Source: Felis catus (taxonomy: Eukaryota). From it: 64,000 bases of DNA. The translations under genes were made by a program, and so were the position numbers. Shown here piece by piece: positions 25,970 to 37,173 of this stretch (position 1 is the stretch's first letter; the number at the start of each line of letters is the position of its first letter). The notes below the pieces were generated by a model, which saw only the letters and a program-made list of their open reading frames with translations, was not told where the DNA came from and did not search any database. The DNA is taken from assembly GCF_018350175.1 (NCBI RefSeq), contig NC_058368.1:53384001-53448000 (forward strand), in the 5' to 3' direction.

Positions 25970-26364
25970 ATGTTGGTGGCCACCTTCCCTTGATCTGGCT
26001 GGTTTGTCTACCCCTAATCCCCTAGCTGTTAGGAGTATTTGCTGTTAGCAATTCATAGATGTCCCCATCTCAGGCAAATTGCTCTCTTCCTTTCAGCAGA
26101 ACAGAGAGAGACTGGAGCAGCCACACCCTTGAAGGGCTAACATGGGGCACATAAGTTGGCCCCTTCCCTCAAGATGGGATGAGAATTAACTGGGGGACTG
26201 GACTAAAGTTGAAGTTAATGTCTTGATGAGATTACATCCTTGCTAACCTTTATCCCATGTGCCGCCTTGCCTCTCTCACTCACCTCTTGAGATCACTTCC
26301 TCAGCTAATCATTTCAATAAGAATCCTCATCTCAGGCTCTGCTTCTAGGACTTGATACAAGATA
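25970..26364 (+). mobile_element. LTR16/LTR33-like ERVL LTR
   Basis: 3' end aagaatcctcatctcaggctctgcttctagga. Confidence 0.55.
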
Positions 26365-27683
26365 ACCTCTTACAGAAGGCATTCAGCAAACCTTTGTGGA
26401 CTGACTGAATGAATGAATGAATGAAGTTAATCTGTTCGGTGTTCATCATAAAAGTTTTAGACAAAGCCTTAGAATGTCTCATGTAGTTTTCCGCAATTAC
26501 TATGTGTTGGGAATATTTCTTAGCAAGTACTATGAATATGTCTGTAAACTTGCTTCTTTCTGTCTTTTCTGATAAAATTAATTAGTTCATTTGCAGAAGG
26601 AGCTTCCCGCAGATGCTTATTCAGTGTTCAGCCAAAGATGGACTTAACCACTGGCCCAAGTGATCAAAGTTATAAACTCAATATTTAAGGAGGAAAGGAA
26701 AGCTGCTAGCTCATGTTCCCAGAGTTCAGCACCTTTAATTAATTATTTATTTCTAATATAAGGGGGTACATTATCAACTTATTAGCAATACAATATTAAG
26801 AATGTATGAGAAGACAGTGCAGTAAGTGCCCAAATGTGAAGCTAACTTTCAATTATTCAGTGATAGAGAGGAGTCATGTAAATGAGTAGGTTGGAACAGA
26901 TTATACAGCTTGTACCAAGCCACAGAGAACAGACAAAACTCATTTATCAACATATCTTGTTTTAACTAATAACCCAGTGTTTTTTTTTTTTAAGTGGAAA
27001 AAGCAGTTATATAAATTTTTAAACTTTTCACTGGAGAGGAATTCTCTGTAATTACTCTTCAGAACAATCGCAAATACAAGAGCTGCTCCTGTTTTCTAAT
27101 AGTAAAGTCCCAGATACCGTGGTTTGGATTCTAGCTCTACTGGTGCATGGATGCTTTCTCTACTCAGCTCTAGGTATCAGTTTCCAGGCCTCAAATTTTT
27201 ATCTTTCAGGGGGTATTTAGTTGTTAATGAACACCTGTTTGGAGATCATTAGGACATTCTCCATTAAATGTAGTAAAAGTTTTATCATTTTTGGATTTGT
27301 GCTTCTTGCAGTAGTATGGTTAAGCTGGAAGAAAAAATGTTTTTCCTTAATAATTTTTCCATGATTAGGCTACATTTACATGTTATTGTGGGGATTTACG
27401 TATTACAGTCAAAAAGCACTGAGATTTTAGTGACCATGAACAGAAAACTCAATTTTCTTTTGTTTATTAAAGAATGTAAGAGAATATATACGTATATTGT
27501 TTATTCTTCTTGTTAGAGAATACAGGATTGATCTACCACTGTGGTCTTCAGCCCAGTTAAATCTGAATATTTTAAATTTCTTGAGTGAAATAACTGTTTC
27601 TTAAAATGCTCATATTTCCCACAGTGCCTAGCAGACAGGAAGCATTTTCAACTCATCTTGAAAAAAAATACTTTAAAACTCCT

Positions 27684-28041
27684 TGTGTTTGTTTGATAGA
27701 GCTGTCATAACAAAGTAACACAGACTGGGTCATGTACACAACAGAAATTTATTTCTCATGGTTCTGACCACGGTATCAGCAAGTTGGGTTTCTTCTGAGG
27801 CCTGCTTGGATTGCACATGTGCATCTTCTTGCTGTGTCCTCACATCGTCTTTCTCATGTGTGCATGTCTATGTCCTGATCTCTTCTCATAAGGACACCAG
27901 TCGTATCAGATTAGGACCCACCCATATAGTATCTTAATTACCTCTTTAAATGCTCTATCTTCAAATACAGTCACATTCTAAAGTACTGGAGGTTAAGACT
28001 TCAACATATGAATTTTGAGGAACATAATTCAGCCCATTACA
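27684..28041 (-). mobile_element. MLT1B-like MaLR solo LTR
   Basis: caacagaaatttatttctca, ataaggacaccagtc, aatacagtcacattct, acttcaacatatgaattttg. Confidence 0.85.
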
Positions 28042-28143
28042 TTCCTTTATGTTAGTCTCATACATTTTAACTCTTATCAAGTTTGTATACTAAAACAAAA
28101 ATAAATACTTAAATTATCTTTTTTATTTAAAATTTTGATTTTA

Positions 28144-28335
28144 GGGGTGCCTAGGTGGCTCAGTGGTTAAGCACCTGACTTTGGCTCAGGTCATGATCTC
28201 ATGGTTTGTGACTTCGAGACCCATATTGGGCTCTCTGTTGTCAGAACAGAGCCAGCTTTGGATCTTCTGTCCCCTTCTCTCTCTCTGTTCTTCTCCCACT
28301 TGTGCTCCCTCTCTCTCTCAAAATAAATATACATT
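28144..28335 (+). mobile_element. Can-SINE
   Basis: head, core and tail present. Confidence 0.95.
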
Positions 28336-28369
28336 AATATATATACATATATAATTTTTATTATATTTC

Positions 28370-28442
28370 ACTTTTTTTTATTTTTGAGAGAGAGAGCTAG
28401 TGCAAACCAGAGAGAGGAGCAGGAGGTGAGAAGGGGGGTGGG

Positions 28443-28496
<54 letters not shown>

Positions 28497-28697
28497 CTTA
28501 AGCAGGCTCCACTCGTGCCCCACTTCAGGTGAGCCCCACTTCTTTCTCTCTCTCTCTTTCTCTCTCTCTCCCTCTTCCCCTCCTGGGATTCTCTCTCTCT
28601 CTCTCTCTGCCCCTTGCTCACTTGCACACTCTCTCTCTCAAAAACAAAACAAAAAAAAAGAGTCGGACGCTCAACCTACTGAGCCACCCATGTGCCT
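28370..28697 (-). mobile_element. Can-SINE interrupted by an oppositely oriented SINE 3' fragment
   Basis: antisense tail/core 28370-28512, sense CT tract and A tail about 28530-28659, antisense head 28657-28697. Confidence 0.85.
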
Positions 28698-28710
28698 CTT
28701 AAATTATTTT

Positions 28711-29782
28711 TTTTCTGTTTTTGTGAATATATGTTTTATTTTTTCTATTTTTTTATTTTTTAAAATTTACATCCAAATTAATTAGCATATAGTGAAACAA
28801 TGACTTCAGGAGTAGATTCCTTAGTTTCCCTTACCCATTTAGCCCATCCCCCCTCCAACCAACCCTCCAGTAGCCCTCAGTTTGTTCTCCGTATTTAAGA
28901 GTCTCTTATGTTTTATTCCCCTCCCTGTTTTTATATTATATTTGTTTCCCTTCCCTTATGTTCACCTGTTTTATCTCTTAAAGTCCTCATATGAGTGAAG
29001 TCATATGATTTTTGTCTTTCTCTGACTGACTAGTTTCACTTAGCATATATACCCTCCAGTTCCATCCATGTCGTTGCAAATGGCAAGATTTCATTCTTTT
29101 TGATTGCCGAGTAATACTCCATTGTATATATGTCCCACATCTTCTTTACCCATTCATCCATTGATGGACATTTGGGCTCTTTTCATACTTTGGTTATTGT
29201 TGATAGTACTTCTATAAACATTGGAGTGCATTAGTCCCTTCGAAACAGCACCCCTGTATCCCTTGGATAAATGCCTAGTAGTGCAATTTCTGGGTCATAG
29301 GGTAGTTCTATTTTTAGTTTTTTGAGGAACCTCCATACTGTTTTCCAGAGTGGCTGCCCCAGCTTGCATTCCCACCAACAATGCAAAAGAGATCCTCTTT
29401 CTCCGCATCCTTGCCAACATCTGTTGTTGCCTGAGTTGTTAATGTTATTCATTTAGACAGGTGTGAGTTTTGTGATTTTGATTTGTATTTACCTGATGCT
29501 GAGTGATGTTGAGCATTTTTTCATGTGTCGGTTGGCCATCTGGATGTCTTCCTTGGAGAAATGTCTATTCATGTCTTTTGCCCATTTCTTCACTGGATTA
29601 TTTGTTTTTTGGGTGTTGAGTTTGAAAAGTTCTTTATAGATTTTGGATACTAACCCTTTATCTGATATGTCATTTGCAAATATCTTCTCCCATTCTGCGG
29701 TTGCCTGTTAGTTTTGCTGATTGTTTCCTTCACTGTGCAGAAGCTTTTTATTTTGATGAGGTCCCAGTAGTTCATTTTTGCC
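28711..29782 (-). mobile_element. felid L1 3' end, 5'-truncated
   Basis: antisense ORF2p C-terminus ([20 protein letters not shown]) and 3' UTR; TSD taaattatttt. Confidence 0.95.
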
Positions 29783-30021
29783 TAAATTATTTTTAAATAA
29801 GAGTTATGATTATAGCATTTGTTTTTTCTAGCATTTTCTTGGAAAATTAGGTATACTAATTACAATTTAGTAGCTGTTATAAGCTATATAAATGTTCCAT
29901 ATGTGAAGAAGCAAATATTAATGAGGCTAATGAGAAAAATTGAGCTTCCATTTCCTAAACACTTCATATAAATAAAATACAGAATTCTCTGAGACAAATC
30001 TAGGACTTTTAATTAGCATCT

Positions 30022-30169
30022 CTTTTATTTGTTTAGTTTTTGAGAGAGAGAGAGCACAGGAGAAGGGCAGAGGGAGAGGAAGAGAGAGCAGACTCCACAC
30101 TCAATACAGAGCCTGACTTGGGGTTCGATCGAGTCAGATGCTTAACCAACTGAGCCACCCAGGCACCCC
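30022..30169 (-). mobile_element. Can-SINE with internal deletion
   Basis: antisense SINE; gggttcgatc joined directly to gagtcagatgc. Confidence 0.85.
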
Positions 30170-30369
30170 TAAAATCACTTTAAGTGTAATGTAAGTAAGG
30201 AAAAACCTGGGAGTGTTCTCAACAAAATTCCTTTTTTTGTTGTAATTATAATGAAAGACATTTCATTTATATGAGAAACTTTTGTCTCAGAAAAGGTAAA
30301 AAAGAGAATAAACTATACTTTGGAATTGTGGTTTTTTAAAAAATAATTATTTAATTAATTTTTTATGTG

Positions 30370-30468
30370 AGGCGAGTCAAGTGAAGTAGTGGGAGTGGGG
30401 AAGAAACAAAGAAATCTGTAACTGGCTATGATCAATTAATTGTAAACACCACTGCACTCAGACCAGCC
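30370..30468 (-). pseudogene. RNY3-like: Y3 RNA retropseudogene
   Basis: reverse complement ggctggtctgagtgcagtggtgtttacaattaattgatcatagccagttacagatttctttgtttcttccccactcccactacttcacttgactcgcct matches Y3 RNA end to end (about 8 substitutions versus human Y3 as I recall it), followed by an A-rich tail. Confidence 0.93.
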
Positions 30469-30719
30469 TCTGGCTTTTTTTTTTTTTTTTTTTAACCAAA
30501 AAAGTTTGGATCATCTGAAGATAATGATACAATATCCTGGGAAAATGGAAAGAAGGGGATGATTATCTTCTTTATGTGTTATGTATGCAAATAGGTGACC
30601 CAAGTCACCTATTACAGAAGGCCTGTATATCAACTTTATAAAATATGGATATCTTGCCTATGGCAAACATATATATTTCAAGAATATATACTTGATATTG
30701 GATTGAGGCTGTTCAACTT

Positions 30720-32055
30720 AGGGTTAGCTATAGCCTTTTCATAGATGCTATTATTAGGTTGAGAAAGTTCCTGTCTATTCTAGGTTTTGAGAGTTTTTAT
30801 CATAAATAGGTGTTGAATTTTGTCCAATGCTTTTTCTGCATTAATTGGTAGTGATCACATGGTGTTTTTCTTTAGGCTGTTAGTATAGTGAATTACAGTG
30901 ATTGAATTTCTCATAGTGAACCAACTAGCCCTGTATTCCTGGGACAAACCCCACTTGGTTGTGATGTATTATTCCTTTTTATATGTTGTTGGATCTAATT
31001 TTCTAATATTTTGCTGAGGATTTTAGCGTCTATGTTCTTAAAGGTATGATTCTGAATTTTCTTTTCTTCCAGTGTCTTTGTCTGGATTTGCTATGAGAGT
31101 AACTCTGGCCTCATTACATGAGTTGGGAAGTGTCTTCTATTCTATTTTTCTATTTACTTCTACTTATTCTATTTTTTGCTTCTATTTGCTGGAAAGAATG
31201 TATTGAATTGTTTTTATTTCTTCTTTCAATGTTTACTAGAATTCTCTAGTAAAATAATCTGGGCTGGATATTTCTTTTTCAGATTTTAAACTATGAATTC
31301 AATTTGTTGAGTAGTAATAGGATTATTCAGATTAGATAAATTTTAGTAGTTTGTAGTTTTCAAGGATTAGCCCTTTTCATCTTAGGTGCATAGGAGTTAT
31401 TAAATTGATGCACACAGAATTATTTATAGTATTCCCTTTTTATTTTCCTTTCCTTATTATTCTTGTATTGTCTGTGGGATCTATAGTGATATCCTCCCTT
31501 GCATTCCTGATATTAGTATTTTTGTACTGTTTCCTCCATCTTGCTAGAGATTTATAGATTCTGTTTATTCTTCAAAAAAAATTTTTTAATGTTTATTTAC
31601 TTTTGAGAGAAAGAGACAGAACGTGAGTGGGGGAGGAGCAGAGAGAGAGGGAGACACAGAATCCGAAGCAGGCTGTAGGCAGTCTCTGAGCTGTCAGCAC
31701 AGGGCCGGACTTGGGGCACAAACTCACAGACCGCAAGATCATGACCTGAGCTAAAGTCAAACGACTACTACTGAGCCACCCAGGTGCCCTTCAATTCTAT
31801 TTATTCTTTTCAAAGGCCCTCCTTTTTGTTTCATTGGCTTTCTCTATTGTTTTTCTGTTTTCTCTATTGTTTTCTGTTTCAACTTGGTTGATTTCTGCTC
31901 TAGTTTTTGTTATTTCCTTAATTCTTCTTGCTTTGGGTTTCTCTCTTCTTTTGCTAATTCCTGAATTAGAAACTTACATTATTGATTTGAGACTTTTCTT
32001 CTTTTCTAATATAAATATTTAATGCTATAAATATCCTAGTAGGCACTGCTTTAGC
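30720..32055 (-). mobile_element. old L1M ORF2 region
   Basis: tgttgaattttgtccaatgctttttctgca, aaccccacttggttgtgatgtattattcc, gagttgggaagtgt. Confidence 0.85.
31575..31789 (-). mobile_element. Can-SINE
   Basis: TSD attct(g/a)tttattctt. Confidence 0.95.
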
Positions 32056-32059
32056 GATT

Positions 32060-32655
32060 GTCTATCAGTTTTAAGATTCATTGTATATTAAGATTATTAG
32101 CTCTTTGTCCATCTTATATGTCACTAGTATTTCTCCCTGTTTGCCAGTTTATGACAAACTTTACGTTTTTTTGTCATGTAAAATTTTTAAATTTTTATGT
32201 AGTCAAAATTATTATTTTCTTATTTGTCTCTGGATTTTGAATCGTGTTTAGAAAGTCTTTCATTACACCAAGGTTAAAAAGGAATTCACTCATGTTTTCT
32301 CTTTTTAAAAATTTTTTTAAAAATGTTTATTCATTTTTGAGAGACAGAGAGAGACAGAGGGTGAGCAGGGGAGGGGCAGAGAGAGAGGGAGACACAGAAT
32401 CTGTAGCAGGTTCCAGGCTCTGAGCTGTCAGCACAGAGCCCGATGTGGGGCTCGAACCCATGAACTGTGAGATCATGACCTGAGCCAAAGTTGGACACCT
32501 AACCGACTGAGCCACCCAGGCACTCCACTCATGTTTTCTTTTAGTACTTTTATAATTTTTTAATTTAGGTTTAGATTTCTAATCTATTTGGAGTTTAGAT
32601 ATGGATCTAATTTTATCTTTTTCCAAATGGTTACCTAGTTGTCCAAGTACTTTTA
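32060..32655 (-). mobile_element. old L1M fragment
   Basis: aatttttatgtagtcaaa, atatggatctaattttatcttttttccaaatgg-like motifs. Confidence 0.7.
32303..32526 (-). mobile_element. Can-SINE
   Basis: TSD cactcatgttttct. Confidence 0.95.
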
Positions 32656-32704
32656 TGTTTTGAGGTTAATAGAAAACTCAGCAACCAAAAATGAATGAAT
32701 GGAT

Positions 32705-33223
32705 AAATGAATGACAAGATTGTTGAGAATACAGACTCCTCAGGAATTAAGTTTGAGATCATTCCACCAAGTGAAGAGCCCCAGCTAGCTGATATCTTTC
32801 CTGAGAGCAAACAAAATGTGGAAAGGATAGTAGAAGAAAGAAGTCACAGATGTCAACTACAGTCTCGGCCAATTACAAAAGCTGGGGCTATAGCAGCTTT
32901 GCATATTTTCTATTTGCTTAAATGCATATATTAGTGATTTTTTTCCTCTCTCATTTATGATTTTATATACGTGTTTTTGAAGGTTACATTTACAATTTAG
33001 CCTTTAGATAACAGAATATTCAATTGGACTATGATTGAATTATAATACAGTAACTCTTGGCACTGTGTGTCTCTCCATTTTGGGAAGAGGGTAAGAACTT
33101 TTTCACGTGTACAGAGGACAGCTGTAACTTACTGGTGGAGAACTTGAGTTGTTTTGTCATAGAATAGAGGTCTAAATGTGTGGAGAAAAGTGTATATGGA
33201 AGCTGAATAGCCAGAGGATGGGC
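32705..33223 (+). mobile_element. ERVL internal region 3' end with polypurine tract
   Basis: DSSGIKFEIIPPSEEPQLADIFPESKQNVERIVEERSHRCQL resembles the ERVL pol tail (DPSGMKVWVTPPGKEPRPAEVLAEGKGNMEWVVEEGSYKYQL, from memory); purine-rich agccagaggatggg directly precedes the LTR. Confidence 0.75.
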
Positions 33224-33872
33224 TGTGAGGTTATCGATTTATTGTCTGTCAGCTACAAACCACCATTATTTGCCCTATTTTGTAATAGTACAGCTGGACT
33301 CTAAACACTGGTGTGACCCTCCAGGCAATAGCAGCAGGAACATACTTCTCTTCCAGATTCCTGTCTTCCAATATTATTCTTTAGAGCAGATTAGCAGCTG
33401 GCTGTTCAGAGGAGCTCCTGACATACCCTAAGGTTATGATCTCCCTACCAGAAGCCTGAGCAGCTCTGGTCTGCCTACGCTTTCAGGCAATGGTGTATCA
33501 CTTCTAGAAACCAGCTCCAGCCCACTCACAACTGCCAGCAATGGTGCACCCTTTTCTGCAGACCTATACTCAGTCAACTTCTTCGGCTACCAGCAGGCTA
33601 TGTGCTACTGTGGTAGCCACTTTCTCTCTGAAGACATCAGAATCTCAGCCTGAGCTATGGGATAGCCTGCTTCTGGTGATTAGTTCCTTTATTATCTATG
33701 GTTTCACAGTCTATAAAAAGTAGCTGCTTTTTTACACCTGACATTTCTGGACTCTTTTTATTCATTTTGGTAGATGACCACCTTCTACTTTCTAGCAATT
33801 CTTTATATTGTGTTATTCCTGTTCTAATAACTGGTGTGATTTCTGTCTCCTGACTGGACTCTGACTCATAAA
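33224..33872 (+). mobile_element. ERVL LTR (LTR41/LTR52-like)
   Basis: start tgtgaggttatcgatttattgtctgtcagctacaaaccacc; end aataactggtgtgatttctgtctcctgactggactctgactcata. Confidence 0.7.
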
Positions 33873-34465
33873 CCCTTTGAAAAGAATATCATTTTTTTGA
33901 ATCGCAAATTGCCTATTATTGCTCATTGGTTTACTAGGTTACGAATAAATGTCCTACATCAGATTGCATTTTGTTTTATAGTGAACTTTCTGTTCTCTAA
34001 GCTCCTGTCCCCAAAAAGAAGATGTGCTATGGAACTTGATTTCATCTATTATGAAATACACAATAGCAACCTTTGTACTTGAGTAAGTGTAAAAGTTTTG
34101 TTGAAACATTGTCATAAATAATTGCCTAAAGTCATGGAGTGAAAATTGATGACAGTTCGTAAATTTTATCGGTTGGTGCAAATGAATCAGCAGCAAGTTT
34201 ACTGTTTTTTAAAGTCTTTCATTTTCAGAACTATGAAAAGTTCATTGTAACTCTCAGTAGTTAGAAAAAAACAGTCACTTTTTTTTCTGCAACAGACCTT
34301 TTCAACAAAAGGATTTGTGACAGATTCCTGAAATCTAAACACAATGCAAAAATTTGGGATGGCTTTTTTTTTTTTTAAATAAAAACCGTTAACATATAAC
34401 AATCAAGACAAATACTGGCCCTTAGAGTTAGACTGAGCTTTCTACTCTCATTAAAATAAGCTGCA

Positions 34466-34688
34466 GGGGTGCCTGGTGGCTCAGTTGGCTAAGCATCCTA
34501 AGCATCCGACTTCAGCTCTGGTCATGATCTCACAGCTTGTGGGTTCAAGCCCCGCATTGGGCTCTGTGCTGACAGCTCAGGGACTTGAGCCTGCTTCAGA
34601 TTCTGTGTCTCCCTCTCTTTCTGCCCCTACCCTGCTTGTGCTCTCTTTCTCTCAAAAATAGAATAAACATTAAAACATTTTTTTTAAA
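34466..34688 (+). mobile_element. Can-SINE
   Basis: TSD aagctgca; small internal duplication ctaagcatc. Confidence 0.95.
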
Positions 34689-34714
34689 AAGCTGCAAACA
34701 CTAATGTTATAGGG

Positions 34715-34892
34715 AAGTGGTTCTCAAACTTTAGCGTGTACTAAATCACCTCCTGGGCTTGTTAAAATCTGGGTTGCTGGATCCCGCCTAAGAGTTTCCT
34801 ATTCAGTAGTCATAGGGCAGAACCAGAGAACCTGCATTTCTAACAAATTTTCATATGATACTCATCTGGGGTCCACACTTTAAGAACCAATG
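34715..34892 (+). mobile_element. MER5A (hAT-Charlie)
   Basis: TIRs agtggttctcaaact / cactttaagaaccaatg; ctgcatttctaacaa. Confidence 0.85.
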
Positions 34893-36122
34893 TTTTCTAG
34901 AGCAACCACTCAGGGCCTTCTTCCTCTATTATCTCCCATTTCTCTCCCTTTCCTTCCATTTAGTCCCAAACTGTTTTCACTTGGTATTATTATCTGGGGT
35001 TCCATATTCTTCACACCACATTCTTCCTTAAATTCCTGTAACTCTTTTTCCAACATTATTGCAAGTTAGCACTTTTTTTTTCTCTTTTTTTTCTCAGTCA
35101 CCTGACCTTGACATTTCCCATTGCCAAAGACTTTTAATTGCCTGCCCTAATGTTCAGTGTAATATTATACTAACTTAAATTGCAGCCCTGTAGCCAGTGT
35201 CCCTCCTTTTCCCCTCTAACTCTTCTTGAAGATCACAAACACACTCTTCTATTCCTAGTAATGAATGGTAAGTGTGAAATTTGGAGAGATGAGTTCAGGG
35301 TGTATTGATCTTTTCAAGTTAATCCATGCTGGGAACTAGGAGGACATGAAGCATTCCTTAATAATCCAATTAGAATCCTCCCGGAATCTATCATTTCAAA
35401 AATTTATGGAATGATCTTATCTCTTCTGAATGTTATATAATCTTTATTTTACTCCTTCTCTGCATCTGTCTTTCATGTGTCATGTGGGTAGCAGTGTTAA
35501 GAACAGGATTGCAACATTTCCTCTATGTTTAGACTTGATATTTCTTTCCTACCATGGTTCCTGATGCTTTTCCTCACTTCCTGCTTTTTATGATCTGATC
35601 TTTGCCTCTTGCTCCTAATGATTGATAAAATTCTTCTGATACTAACCAGAGGATCATATCCACTTATATGTGTCCTCTCTGAGTAAGCCCTATTTCTGGG
35701 ACCATAATGTAATGTTAGTTTTGTAGAAATTGGCTTTAGAGTAGCAAAAGTAAGCACTCTGACATTTATGTGTTATACATTTTATTGTGTAACTTACAGT
35801 GATACATTTGCAGGAAAGAATAACAGAAGGTATGAAGCTAGGGAAGTCTTTCTTAACTAATTCCAGGAGAGAATCAGGCCTTATTGCAATAAGGCATCCC
35901 TTGCATGCAATGGATTGACTTCTCTCCTATGCATCTAGAGTGGTACTAGTTATGGAACCAACTTGGGAAAATTAAGAAAATTGTCACTCAAATCATTTTT
36001 CCATGTTCTTTGGTTGAGATGGGTAGAGAATATGGCTTCTAGTGTCCCACAGAATGGTGCTGATGGTTTTGTAATTGTTCAGGGTAAGGTCTTGCCACAC
36101 TAAAGAAAGTCCCCCGTTGGAG

Positions 36123-36292
36123 CAAAGGCAGATTTAAGCTCAAGCTTTAGGGGCCTTTGCTTGCTTAAGCCTATCCCCAGGCCTTTGGAGAGACCATGTA
36201 AATTTTGAATTTGTCAGTTTTTATTTCTTAAATAGGGCCCTGCTCCCAAACTGACTACATTTCAGACCACAGAAAACCTGAATCTGTTACTG
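36123..36292 (-). mobile_element. MER53-like hAT element
   Basis: aagctcaagctttaggggcc, ttcttaaatagggccc, aaaacctgaatctg. Confidence 0.65.
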
Positions 36293-36609
36293 TTCTTCTT
36301 ATTCAAACTATGTTCACCCGAAACTCCAGGATAATTACCTTTTATGGTTTCTAAACTGTCTTAAAAGTACATTACATGCATCTCATCCAGGTTCTAGGTA
36401 CAATATTTACTGTCATAAATACCATATTGCTACATGGTACATCGGTTATATAAAAATGACTAGAGCTTATCCATGTAGAGTGGCACTGCAGTCATGTTAC
36501 CTTGGCACTATGCAACAGTGACCAGTCTGCAAACATGCATGTGGCATGGCAGGCCTGGCTGGGACCCATCACATGTGGGTGCCAGCCTTAGGAGCTTGAA
36601 CTTCGTGTT

Positions 36610-36721
36610 CTCCTTTCTTTTTCCTCTCTTTTCCTTTTCCTTTTCCTTTTCCTTTCCTTTTCCTTTTCCTTTTCCTTTTCCTTTTCTTTATCTCTTTCCT
36701 TTTTCCTTCCTTCTTTTTTTT
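36610..36721. repeat. (CTTTTC)n polypyrimidine tract
   Basis: direct reading. Confidence 0.9.
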
Positions 36722-37123
36722 GTGAAATATAACAGAAAAAGAAGGAAGAAGGGAGGAGAAGGGGGATGCAGGGAAGTGAGCAGAAAGGAAAGAAACAACT
36801 TGCTGTGTATGGTATTTTAAAAATCATCTCACTTTATTTAGGCACATTACTGCCCTCTGACATTGCCCATAGTTACATGCTTTTATTTCCATTACATATA
36901 CATACGTACATGCATGTGTGCATGTGTGTGTGCATGTGTGTATAAGTAATATCACAATCAAAAATATAACTTAAATGAGAGATTACTAAAAAATTCACTG
37001 TGAATCATATTGTTTCTTTTGATATCCCCCCATTCCCTCACTCATACTAAATCAATAACACTATATAGTCTAGAGTATTTATTGGTGTGATTACTGATGC
37101 CATTTGAACTATATAATGAGAAA

Positions 37124-37173
37124 TAGATTTCTGGAGTTGCTTTTTTTTTTTTTTTTTTTAGATTTCTGGAGTT
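37124..37173 (-). mobile_element. poly(A)-only retro-insertion
   Basis: T run flanked by direct repeat tagatttctggagtt, with a TTTT/AA site at the right end. Confidence 0.65.

Noticed and set aside
33982..34088. Possible 101-nt exon (ttttgttttatag ... gtaagt)
   Set aside because: All three frames contain a stop codon and no partner exons are evident; a non-coding exon cannot be excluded without RNA data.
36610..36795. Polypyrimidine tract followed by a purine-rich tract as H-DNA or hairpin
   Set aside because: Low-complexity sequence; the complementarity is explained by composition alone.
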